DNA of 64,000 bases from assembly GCF_006345805.1 (NCBI RefSeq), contig NC_043014.1:25110001-25174000 (forward strand), written 5' to 3'. Under the pieces are notes generated by a model. That model was not told the DNA's origin, did not search any database, and worked only from the letters and a program-made list of their open reading frames with translations. The translations under genes were made by a program, and so were the position numbers. Below, in pieces: positions 35,183 to 46,651 of the stretch (the first letter of the stretch is position 1; each line of letters opens with the position of its first letter). The DNA comes from Octopus sinensis (Eukaryota).

Positions 35183-35539
35183 GTATGTATGTGTGCGCGT
35201 GCACGTCCATGCGTATACACGCACAGAGGTCAACAACAGACACGTCTAAAGAGATTTTCACATACAGACGCGACACGCTTAGTACACGCAGATAAACAAC
35301 AAACTGAAACTATACAATAATTGGAATCCTACGCAGAAAAGAAAAGCACAAACAAACGTCTTTTAAACAATTCTTTATAACCAAATTCTCAAGTCTGTTG
35401 CCATCCGGGACCTAGAGATATATGAAATGAGGAAAAATATTGAAAAATGACAGTAGACCAATTCTTCATGCCTTTGTCAGCAAGTTTTGGTGTCCTTTAC
35501 GTCAATCCGTGAGAGGGTGTGGCTGTAAATGGTACTTGA

Positions 35540-35644
35540 TTTCCTTAGAAACTATTTTTAGAATCACCGTTCCGGCATTCGAGTCATTTGTGCGCACGCG
35601 CAGCACTATTTTCCCTTCCTTTGCTGCACTTCAAAGTGGTAAGT
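35540..35644 (+). promoter_or_regulatory. Candidate first or 5' exon ending in a consensus splice donor (GTG|GTAAGT at 35638/35639) in unique CpG-richer DNA
   Basis: Perfect GTAAGT; 35200-37300 is non-repetitive with more CpG than its surroundings. No transcript evidence. Confidence 0.25.
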
Positions 35645-37406
35645 GACTTTGAATTTAGTCATTTCTGTCCATGCATTCTCATTGTTTTTTTTTGTTTTTT
35701 TTAATACATGTATTAATGTTGGCAGCAAACTTACATGCTTCGAGGAAGTGTTATTGTGTACTTTAGGGGATGGATGAACGAATCTGGCTTAAGTGAATAT
35801 TCCCACCCGCCTCCCACACCTGCTTTCGACCGCTGTAAGAACGAAGATATCCTTCTCGTGTTGATTTTCTCACTCTGCCCTGATGCCTAAGTGTCTATCC
35901 CTCACTCTGTCTCTTCCCATATCTCTGTATTTCTGATTTTTCTTCAACCCTAAACAAACACTGAATTTCTATTTGATAAAGTAATTTTCTTTATGTCATT
36001 CTTGTGATTTCTTCGTAATTTAGCGAGTCCATTCTCAGAGACCTTAGAACTTTTATGATTTTTAACGCAGTTTCTACATTTCCTATCATACTTCACAACC
36101 GAACCCCAATAATCTCTCCTGTCCACAATTATTCATTTTGCTCCTACCATGAAGACAAATATAAGATGTAATTATGGTCACAAGTAGCAGTGACTACAAA
36201 TATAAAACAAAACAAGAAAGAAAATGGCAAACATAGATAGAACAAAGTAAACTAAAAAGAAAAAGTCATAAAAACAAAAGACAACAGGATCGGATGCGAA
36301 ATGGTAGATTTAGGACGATCCACAACAGAGAAGGTGGGACTGGTGTTTTAAATGAATACGGTGATCCCTCCCATCGGTTGAGTGGGGGAAAATAAACGAT
36401 GACAACAAATAGTTTCATACTGTCAGACACGCAATCACGCATATATACATTCACCGCACATTCACACACATACGCACGCACGCACACACACACACACACA
36501 CACACACATTGCAGGTATGAACATAGAACCAAGTGTCAACAAATAAAACAAAAGAACTTACTCTATCACTGCCTTTCTTTCGAACTTTCGTCTTCTAATT
36601 CCTTTTTACCTCCTTTCTTTTCCTCTAGATTCCTTTTCCTTCACATCGTACGGGTCCTAATCCCTAAAAAAAAAACAACAATAAAAAAGAGAGAAAAACA
36701 ACTCTCTGCGGTAGATTAAAGAATATAATTCTTCAAATGGGATGCAAGTTCAACGTTTATTCGTGACGTTCATGAGAGACAACTGTCACGTTATCACTTG
36801 ACCTGCCAAATTCCTTTAAATCACGCCCTTACTTAAAAATAAAGGAACACATTGGACGCACTAGTCGTACATTATGTATGTATATAACAGAATTGTCACG
36901 CCTGGAATGCCTTTGCTAAACAGGGTTAACTTAGCTAAATATCATAACAAACTCCAATACACACGCGCGATTTTGTAAAAATCTCAACAAAATCAACAAT
37001 ACATTCTTTTTACGAGATTTTATTTCTGCCCCACCCCCTCTCAACATTTTTAGAATGCCGTTTTATCTGCTTTCTTTCGTTCTTTGCAAGCGTTGTTGTT
37101 GCTGCTGCTGTTTTTTTTAACAATAAAGAGATGAAAATAATCAATTTTTGCTGAGGTTGACAGACGATTCCTCTCACACCAAATACATCAGTTGCTGAGT
37201 TTACTTGGATGATAGCTTCATTGATAGCTTCATTGATAGCTTCGGCTCTCGGTGATTTCATAATTTATCCTATCCATACACATACATCTTGCTGACTCTT
37301 TTCAAAATTGGCCTACTGATAATTTTTTTTTTCCAAATTGTGTATTTGTAAATAGATATGTGTATATTATGTATGTATGTATGTGTCGTTCTGTACACGT
37401 GCATTA

Positions 37407-37409
37407 TAT

Positions 37410-37460
<51 letters not shown>
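37407..37460. repeat. (TA)n microsatellite
   Basis: Direct reading. Confidence 0.95.
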
Positions 37461-37464
<4 letters not shown>

Positions 37465-38008
37465 CAAATTTATTTTTACCAGAAATAGTAAAGTGAATGA
37501 GAGCAATTCATATTTGTTTATAATTTCAGTTTTTTAAATAAAGTTAAAATTTCAATTACTATTAAAAATAATGATGTTGCTGTTTTCATTTTCTTCTAAT
37601 ATTTAATTTGCTTGAATTTTATTGTTATATATGACCCCCCCCACACACACACACATTTACTTCACTACCAAATTATTTATATGTGCTGTGATTCTTGAGG
37701 CACAATAAGAAAGATAGCTAATAGTGTGTTTCTTTTTGTGCCTCTAATCTATTGTTAGTAACATTATTGATCTTAATTAGATCACTTCTCCAATGAGAAG
37801 ATTAAATTTTGTGCTGTTAATCATAAAGATAATATTAAATTCTCCAAATTGTATCTCTAAATTTTCACCTTACTCATATTATGTAGTTATATTGATAAGT
37901 GTCTAAACCTCATTATCTATCTATCTACACATATCTATATATTTATCACCTATCTGTCAATATTTCAAAAACAAAACAACTTTCACTAACACATACATTA
38001 TATAAATT

Positions 38009-38368
38009 GGCTGTGTTGTAAGAAGCTTGCTTTCCAGCCACATGGTTCTAGGTTCAGGACCACTGCATGGCATCTTGTGCAAGTGTCTTCTACCATAGCC
38101 TTGGGCTGACTAAAGCCTTACGTGTGGATTTCCTAGATGGAAACTGAAAGAAGCATATTGTATATGTATGTATGTGTGTGTGTGTCTGTGTTTCTTCCCC
38201 CCCCCACAACAGCTCGACAACCAATGTTGATTTGCTTACGTCCCTATAACTTAGCGATTTGGCAAGACTTATCTCTAAAACGTCCTGGGGTCGATTTATT
38301 CAACTAAAAATTCCTCAAGGTGGTGCCTTAGCATAACTGCAGTCTAAAGACAGGAACAAGTAAGACAT
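38009..38368 (+). mobile_element. tRNA-derived SINE with an internal microsatellite
   Basis: ggctgtgttgtaagaagcttgc..ggttcaggaccactgc..gcaagtgtcttc..ggaaactgaaagaagc-(TA/TG)n-tail ggtggtgcc..agcat..gcagtc. Confidence 0.8.
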
Positions 38369-38383
38369 AATATATATGCTTTC

Positions 38384-38576
38384 TTTTAGTTGTTTCAGTC
38401 ATTTGACTGCAGCCATGCTGGAGCACCCCTTTAGTCGAGCAAATCAAACCCAGGACTTACTCTTTGTAAGCCTCGTACTTATTCTATCGGTCTCTTTTCC
38501 TGAACTGCTAGGTTACAAGGACATAAACACACCAGCATAAGTTGTCAAGCAATGTTTGGGGGACAAACAGATATAT

Positions 38577-38626
<50 letters not shown>

Positions 38627-38750
38627 GTATGTATGTATGTGTATATATATATATATATGTATATATATGTATGTATATATATATATATATAATACGATGT
38701 CTATATATATATATATATATATACGATGTATATATATATATATATATAAT

Positions 38751-38783
<33 letters not shown>

Positions 38784-38924
38784 GATGTATATATTATATA
38801 TATATATATATATACGATGTATATATATATATAATATATATGCGATGTATATATTATATATATTATATATATATACAATGTATATATAATGTATATACGT
38901 TGTATATATATATGTATATACGAT

Positions 38925-38957
<33 letters not shown>

Positions 38958-39127
38958 CGATATATATATACATACACACACACGATGGGCTTCTTTCAGT
39001 TTCCATCTATCAAATCCATTCACAAGGCTTTGGATAGACCGAGGCTATAGTAGAAGACATTAGCTCAAGGCGCCATGCAGTGGGACTGAACCTGGAACTA
39101 TGTTATTGGTAAAGCAAGCTATTTACC
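38384..39127 (-). mobile_element. Same SINE family, inverted, with the internal microsatellite expanded to about 400 bp
   Basis: Head 38985-39127, array 38570-38985, tail 38384-38560 (ggtgctccagcatggctgcagtcaaatgactgaaac on minus). Confidence 0.85.
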
Positions 39128-39459
39128 ACATGTAATGTAATATATATGTATGTATATAATTAGATAAAGATGGCTATGGCTGGTCTCCGGGGGTTACCAT
39201 GAGTTTCACATCCATAAAACACTTAGCTTTATGGCATTTCTTCAAACCCTAATGGCCAGTCTATAACCTCTCTATACAGTGAGAAAAGACCTTGTAGCCA
39301 TTTGTTGACCTCTCAGACGAAGGGTTAAGTGTGAGGGATTGTCTCCCTTAGACTGCTATGTATATGTATATATATATACATACACATACTAGAAGAGATA
39401 CCTGCCGTTGCCTGTGTTACATGCAATTGAAGAATTAGACTTTTCTGTTATATATATAT

Positions 39460-39535
39460 CATCATCATCATTTAGCGTCCGTTCTCCATGCTAGCATGGG
39501 TTGGACGGTTCAACTGGGGTCTGTGAAGCTGCTGA
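39460..39535 (-). mobile_element. Short RTE 3' tail
   Basis: catcatcatcatttagcgtccgttctccatgctagcatgggttgg. Confidence 0.8.
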
Positions 39536-40408
39536 GGCAAGTGAAAATCAATCAAAATAGATGAACATCAATGGAATTTGTATCTTTGTGGTACCAGTGC
39601 CTGTGGCACACAAGAAAACCATCCGAACGTGGCCGTAGCCAGTACCGCATCGACTGGCCTCCGTGCTGTGGGAACATGGTGGCACATAAAAACACCATCC
39701 GAAGACCCGGCAAGACTAGTCAGGTCATAACCCGTGGGCCCTACCTGGGACGTAGTCAGTCCACCTGTACATACCTTCCTTCTTGTGACACTTGTGAAGA
39801 CCTGCTGAGGCAAGTGAAAATCAATCAAATCAAAACAAATCAAAATAGATGAACATCAATGGAATTTGTATCCTTGTGGTACCAGTGCCGGTGGCACACA
39901 AGAATCCATCCGAACGTGGCCGTAGTCAGTACCGCTTGTGGTACCAGTGCCGTGGCACACAAGAATCCATCCGAACGTGGCCGTAGTCAGTACCGCTTGT
40001 GGTACCAGTGCCGGTGGCACACAAGAATCCATCCGAACGTGGCCGTAGTCAGTACCGCATCACTCGCCATCGTGTTGTGGGCACATAACAACACCATCCG
40101 GTCGTGGCCGTTCGCCAGCCTCATCTAGCACCTGTGTCGGTAGCACATAAAAAGTAGTCAGTACCGCTTGTGGTACCAGTGCCGGTGGCACACAAGAATC
40201 CATCCGAACATGGCCGTAGTCAGTACCGCATCACTGGCCATCGTGCTGTGGGCACATAAAAAAACACCATCCTGTCGTGGCCGTTCGCCAGCCTCATCTA
40301 GCACCTGTGTCGGTGGCACATAAAAACACCTTCCGAAGACCCGCAAGACTAGTCAGGCCATAAACCATGGCCCCTACCTGGGACGTAGTCAGTCCACCTG
40401 TACATACT
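39536..40408 (+). repeat. RTE 3'UTR-derived tandem modules (about 60-bp units) running into the gap
   Basis: Units tggtaccagtgccggtggcacacaagaatccatccgaacgtggccgtagtcagtaccgc; gaggcaagtgaaaatcaa also occurs at 53255. Confidence 0.85.
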
Positions 40409-40508
40409 NNNNNNNNNNNNNNNNNNNNNNNNNNNNNNNNNNNNNNNNNNNNNNNNNNNNNNNNNNNNNNNNNNNNNNNNNNNNNNNNNNNNNNNNNNNN
40501 NNNNNNNN
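40409..40508. other. Assembly gap (100 N)
   Basis: Direct reading. Confidence 1.
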
Positions 40509-40700
40509 CCAATGTGCGACCGTACAAGCGCATATGAGCGCACGAATTCCCGTCTCTTTCGCTCCATCTGAGCCGCTGTCCTCTTGTAGCCTCTGCTCTT
40601 CAGCGAGAGCCGCAATCACCTCGCTAGGGCTATCTCCGCCGGCGCACTCCCATGCTTGTACGAATAAATCCAGCTCGTCAGGTCTCCATGCTCTGGACAT
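40509..40700 (-). pseudogene. Myb/SANT-like trihelix DNA-binding domain fragment (Harbinger-type accessory protein?)
   Basis: Removing one base near 40607 joins two ORFs: MSRAWRPDELDLFVQAW..EVIAASLKSRGYKRTAAQMERKRREFVRSY. Confidence 0.5.
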
Positions 40701-40759
40701 GCGGATAATCCGTCTATCCGTTTATCTATCTAATTATGTTCGAGAGAAGACAGGAAGAT

Positions 40760-42110
40760 ATTAAGGCTAATTAGAAGATAGAGTACTTGAAAAAGAAATA
40801 TTAACAATATTAAAGTTTGTGTAAAAACGTTATTTGGGTAAAAACGTTATTTAATCTTAAGGCTAATTAGGGGATAGAGTATCTGAAAATGTATTAGCAA
40901 TATTAATATTATATTAGAGTGGGGATAAAAACGTTGTTTAATCTTAAGGCTAATTAGGAGATAGAGTATCTGAAAATATATTAGCAATATTAATATTATA
41001 TTAGAGTGTGGGTAAAAAAAACGTTATTTAATCTTAAGGCTACTTAGGAGATAGAGTATCTGAAAATATATTAGCAATGTTAATATTATATTAGAGTGTG
41101 GGTAATATTAAACGTTATTTAATTTAATCTTAAGGCTAATTAGAAGACAGAGTATCTGAAAAATTATATATACAATATTAAGCAATATTAACCGTTATTT
41201 AATTTAATCTTAAGGCTAATTAGATGTTATTAATATTAAACGTTATTTAATTTAATCTTAAGGCTAATTAGAAGATAGAGTATCTGAAAATATATTAGCA
41301 ATATTAATATTGTATTAGAGTGTGGGTAAAAACGTTTTTAATCTTAAGGCTACTTAGGAGATAGAGTATCTGAAAATATATTAGCAATGTTAATATTATA
41401 TTAGAGTGTGGGTAATATTAAACGTTATTAATTTATCTTAAGGCTAATTAGAAGATAGAGTATCTGAAGAATTATTAACAATATTAAAACAATATTAAAC
41501 GTTATTTAATTTAATCTTAAGGCTAATTAACAATAATTATTAACAATATTAAACAATATTAAACGTTATTTAATTTAATCCTAAGGCTAATTAACAATAA
41601 TTATTAACAATATTAAACAATATTAAACGTTATTTAATTTAATCCTAAGGCTAATTAGACGTTATTAATATTAAACGTTATTTAATTTAATCTTAAGGCT
41701 AATTAGAAGATAGAGTATCTGAAAAATTATTAACAATATTAAAACAATATTAAACGTTATTTAATTTAATCTTAAGGCTAACTAACAATAATTATTAACA
41801 ATATTAAACAATATTAAACGTTATTTAATTTAATCCTAAGGCTAATTAACAATATTAAACAATATTAAACGTTATTTAATTTAATCTTACGGCTAATTAA
41901 CAATAATTATTAACAATATTAAAACAATATTAAACGTTAATTAATTTAATCCTAAGGCTAATTAACAATAATTATTAACAATATTAAACAATATTAAACG
42001 TTATTTAATTTAATCCTAAGGCTAATTTGACGGTATCAATATTAAACGTTATTTAATTTAATCTTAAGGCTAATTAGAAGATAGAGTATCTGGAAAATTA
42101 TTATATCGAG
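40760..42110. repeat. AT-rich modular minisatellite
   Basis: Core aatattaaacgttatttaatttaatc(t/c)taaggctaatta plus optional modules gaagatagagtatctgaaaa and acaataattattaac. Confidence 0.92.
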
Positions 42111-42573
42111 AACAGATATTGAAAATGTAAACAAACAAAATGACGATCGCAACTTTAACTAAGATGTGGGCCTAAGTGAAGGATAAAATAGAATAATAAA
42201 TAAAATATGAAATAGATGAAATTGATACTTAATCCAACAATGTGGTCTGGATTATTTTTTTGGTTTACGGGATTTTTTTTCAGGAGAGATGCTTCTTTTT
42301 TCTTTCTTGCAGGAGATAACTTGATTCAGTTATTTTTGCACCATGTGCGTTTCGGCGAAAATGAAAATTACTGTGTATATGTATATATTTATATATATTT
42401 TAAAATATTTTTAACCAAAGTGTTGTAGTGATCTCTATGACTTAGAGTTTACATTTTGGCAACTACAGTGGGTTATTTCGCCGATCTATGCAAACTTTTT
42501 CACAGAGAAGAGCAATACGTCTCTCTCTGTTAAAAACGGAACCGGATATATGTATATATATATATGTATATAT

Positions 42574-42814
42574 GTTAATAAAATAGAACATATGCATATA
42601 TATAAACATATATGTACGTACCTACCTCTACATGTACATATACACGCATATATGTGTACAGGACACCAAAAAGACGTCGAACACAAAGAGAGACGAAACA
42701 CATAGACACAAACCAAGGAACAAGACAAGCAAAAAAAGAGAGATACAGGGCAATAAGCACAACGAAAAATCCCCTTCTTCAGTCGCTAAGGTTTCATCTA
42801 CTAAACGTTTCGAA

Positions 42815-42816
<2 letters not shown>
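42574..42816. repeat. Unclassified interspersed repeat, copy 3
   Basis: Colinear with 2051-2303. Confidence 0.7.
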
Positions 42817-42848
<32 letters not shown>

Positions 42849-43329
42849 GTTTATATATATATGTATATATATATGTATATATATATATGGTATATATATA
42901 TGTATATATATATATATGTATATACATATATGTATATAATATATGTGTATATATATATATATGTATATATATATGTATATATATATATGTATATATATAT
43001 ATATGTATATATATATGTATAATATGTATATATATATATGTAATATGTATATATATATATATGTATATATATATATGTATATATATATTATATGTATATA
43101 TATATATATATATATGTATATATTTATATATATATATATTGTTTATATATGTTATATATTTTATATATGTATTATATGTATAGGTATATATATGTATATA
43201 TATATATTGTATATATATATATATGTATATATATATGTATATATATATATGTATATATATATATATGTATATATATATGTATATATATGTATATATATAT
43301 ATGTATATATATGTATATATATATATATG

Positions 43330-43360
<31 letters not shown>

Positions 43361-44237
43361 GTATATATATTATATATATATATGTATATATATGTATATA
43401 ATATATATATGTTTATATATGTATATATATGTTTATATATGTATATATATGTATATATATATATATGTATATATATATATGTATATATATATGTATATAT
43501 ATATATGTATATATATATATGTATATATATATGTATATATATATATATGTATATATATATATGTATATATATATATATGTATATATATATGTATATATAT
43601 ATATGTATATATATATATATGTATATATATATAATATGTATGTATATATATGTATATATATATGTATATATATGTATAATATATGTATATATATATGTAT
43701 ATATATATATATGTATGTATATATATGTATATGTATATATAATATATATGTATATATATGTATATATTATGTATATATATGTATATTTATATATGTATAT
43801 ATATGGTTATATATATATTATATATATATATATAATTATGAATATATATATATATGTATCTATATATGTATAATATATATAATGTTATATAATATATGAA
43901 TATATATATAATGTATATATATATGTATATATATATATGTATATATAATATGTATATATATTATATGTATATATATATATGCATATATATATATGCATAT
44001 ATATGTATGTATATGTATATATGTATATGTATATATATATATGTATAATATATATATGTATGTAATGTATATATGTATATGTATATATATATATGTATAT
44101 ATATATATCGTATATATGTATATGTATATATGTATATGTATATATGTATATGTATATATATATATGTATATTATATAATGTATATATATATATGTATATA
44201 TATATATAATATATGTATATATATATATATATGTATA
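42817..44237. repeat. Giant degenerate (TA)n array (ATATATGT-type variants)
   Basis: Direct reading. Confidence 0.97.
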
Positions 44238-44239
44238 TA

Positions 44240-45433
44240 CGAGGGGCGTCAATAAGTAATGCCCCTGACCCACTTCCCATAGCAGTAGAGCAACGAAACT
44301 TGGCACGGTTATTGGTCTTTTTCTACATAGGAACCACCCAGAGTTACGCATTTCTCCCATCGATTGATACAGCTCTGAAGAACGTTTTTGTAGAAGACCC
44401 CAGCGTGGTCCTACAACCATGACGTGACTTCAGAAATCAAGGCTACATCATCCGGGAAACGCTTTCCTTTCAAAAACAACTTCATGGCTGGGAAGAGGTG
44501 AAAATCAGATGGTGCATGGTCAGGAGAGTAGGGGGATGGGGGAGGAGTTCAAAGCCGAACACCTGTGCTTCTGATCTGGCGAGACGCGATTTATGGACCA
44601 GAGCATTGTCCTGCAGGAGGAGGATGCCTTTGCTGATCTTGCCCCGCCTCTTGATTTTGATAGCTTCTCTTAATTTCCTCAAAAGTGAAGCATAATAGGC
44701 TCCTGTAATTGTGGTACCCTTTGCCAGGAAATCTGTCATGACCATGCCAGCGGAGAGCTGCCCCCTTGCCTTCTTTGGAGGAGGTGAGTCACGGTGATGG
44801 ACCTAGGTTTCATCCTGTATAATCAGTGTTTTGAAAAATTTTGACTCTTTTACTTGGCACGTCTCCAAATTCATCCTAAAGCACTCAATGCGTTCTTGCT
44901 TCTGGAAAGGTGTGAGCAGCCTGAGAATCCATCTGGCATATGCAAATGGTCATGAATGATAGTTTCCACAGATCCGGTACTAATCTTGACCTCATGGGCT
45001 ATTTGGCGAATAGTTATGCGTCGATCTTCGAAAATGGCAGCCTCAACTTGAAGGACAGATGCCTCATCAATGGCAGAAGGGGGTGACCAGATCTGGGAGC
45101 TCTTTCCACAGAGTTCCGACCATGTTTGAATTCACGATGCCAGCGTTTTACAAGGTCATATGATGGGACATCATCATCATAAGTTACTTTCATTTCATCA
45201 AAAGTCTCCCGTGGTGTGCGTCGTTTCAAATACAAAAACCGGATCACTGCTTGACACTCAACAGGCTCCATTTCACACTTGACTCAGTTGAAACACCTGT
45301 AAATCAGAAACCACAATTAGTTCAGTAATTTGCCACTTAATCTATAGAGATATAAATAATTGCACATGCAAAATTTCAACTAAATCAAACAACTGCAAGT
45401 GGGTCAGAGGCATTACTTATTGAACGTCCCTCG
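44240..45433 (-). mobile_element. Full-length mariner (Tc1/mariner, DD34D-type) DNA transposon, decayed transposase
   Basis: TIRs cgaggggcgtcaataagtaatgcccctgacccactt and cgagggacgttcaataagtaatgcctctgacccactt; TA flanks; transposase pieces MEPVECQAVIRFLY..APRSG, LLLQDNA..LPHPP, then PDLAPSDFHLF. Confidence 0.93.
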
Positions 45434-45480
<47 letters not shown>

Positions 45481-45528
45481 GGATATATATATATGTGTAT
45501 ATACTATATGTGTATATATATATATGTG

Positions 45529-45593
<65 letters not shown>

Positions 45594-45727
45594 TGTGTAT
45601 ATATATATATGTGTATATAAATATATGTAATGTGTATATAAATATATGTATATATATATATGTAAATATATGTAAATATATGTAAACATATATATGTAAA
45701 TGTATATATATATATATGTGTATATAT

Positions 45728-45761
<34 letters not shown>

Positions 45762-46333
45762 TTATATGTATATATATGTAAATATACATGTATATATATG
45801 TATGTACATATGTATGTATATATATATGTATATATATATATGTATCTATATATATGTAATATATATTATATGTATCTATATAATGTATATATATGTATAT
45901 ATATGTATGTATATATGTATGTATATATATATGTATATATATATGTATATATATAAGTAATACTAAGCAATAAAGGGTTATATATGTATATATGTATGAT
46001 AGATATATATGTATCTATATATATGTATATATATGTATATATATATGTATATATATGTATATATATATATATGTAGATATATATATATATGTAATATATA
46101 TATATGTATATATATATATTGTCTATATATATGTATATATATATATATGTGTATATATATATGTGTATATATATATATGTATGTATATATACATGTGTAA
46201 TATATATACAATGTATATATATATATATGTATATATATATGTTTGTATATATATATACGTATATATATATGTATGTCTATATATGTATGTATATATATAT
46301 ATGTATATATATATGTGTATATATATATATGTG

Positions 46334-46365
<32 letters not shown>

Positions 46366-46372
46366 CGTTTAA
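45434..46372. repeat. Giant degenerate (TA)n array
   Basis: Direct reading. Confidence 0.97.
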
Positions 46373-46374
46373 AT

Positions 46375-46628
46375 ATTTGTTGTGCAAGATTTTTTATGTA
46401 AAGTCGTGTGTTGAAACAGATATTGTTATATTTCGGAATGGTCATATTGCCAGTTTAGCCAGTAAAAACACACGCACTATATATTTGGTGTTATTTTGCT
46501 TCAGTGATATTTATTTTTTACATTATTCTTAATCTTATTTCGGCCAGAGTTCTTTCGTCACACTCCTGTGACCGCATCAGTGGTCCTTTGTTTTCTTCTT
46601 TCGTATTTGTGTCTCTCCTTACTAACCA
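46375..46628 (-). mobile_element. PLE pLTR-like segment inverted relative to the adjacent Neptune PLE
   Basis: Carries the hammerhead at 46542-46586 and is joined to the PLE RT by a fold-back hairpin (46629-46670). Confidence 0.55.
46542..46586 (-). ncRNA. Type-I hammerhead-like motif (CUGAUGC-G core, A9C)
   Basis: Minus strand GG(A)CCA-CTGATGCG-GTCAC AGGAGT GTGAC-GAAA-GAAC-TC-TGGCC; predicted CUC cleavage triplet. Confidence 0.65.
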
Positions 46629-46651
46629 TCAGCCATTTTGTATTTCTATAT

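Noticed and set aside
40760-42110. Modular satellite as a CRISPR-like repeat-spacer array
   Set aside because: The intervening modules are themselves repeated, not unique spacers.
42817-46532. Long [12 protein letters not shown] ORFs here and throughout the ORF track
   Set aside because: Translations of (TA)/(TG)/(TATG) microsatellites, which lack stop codons; not genes.
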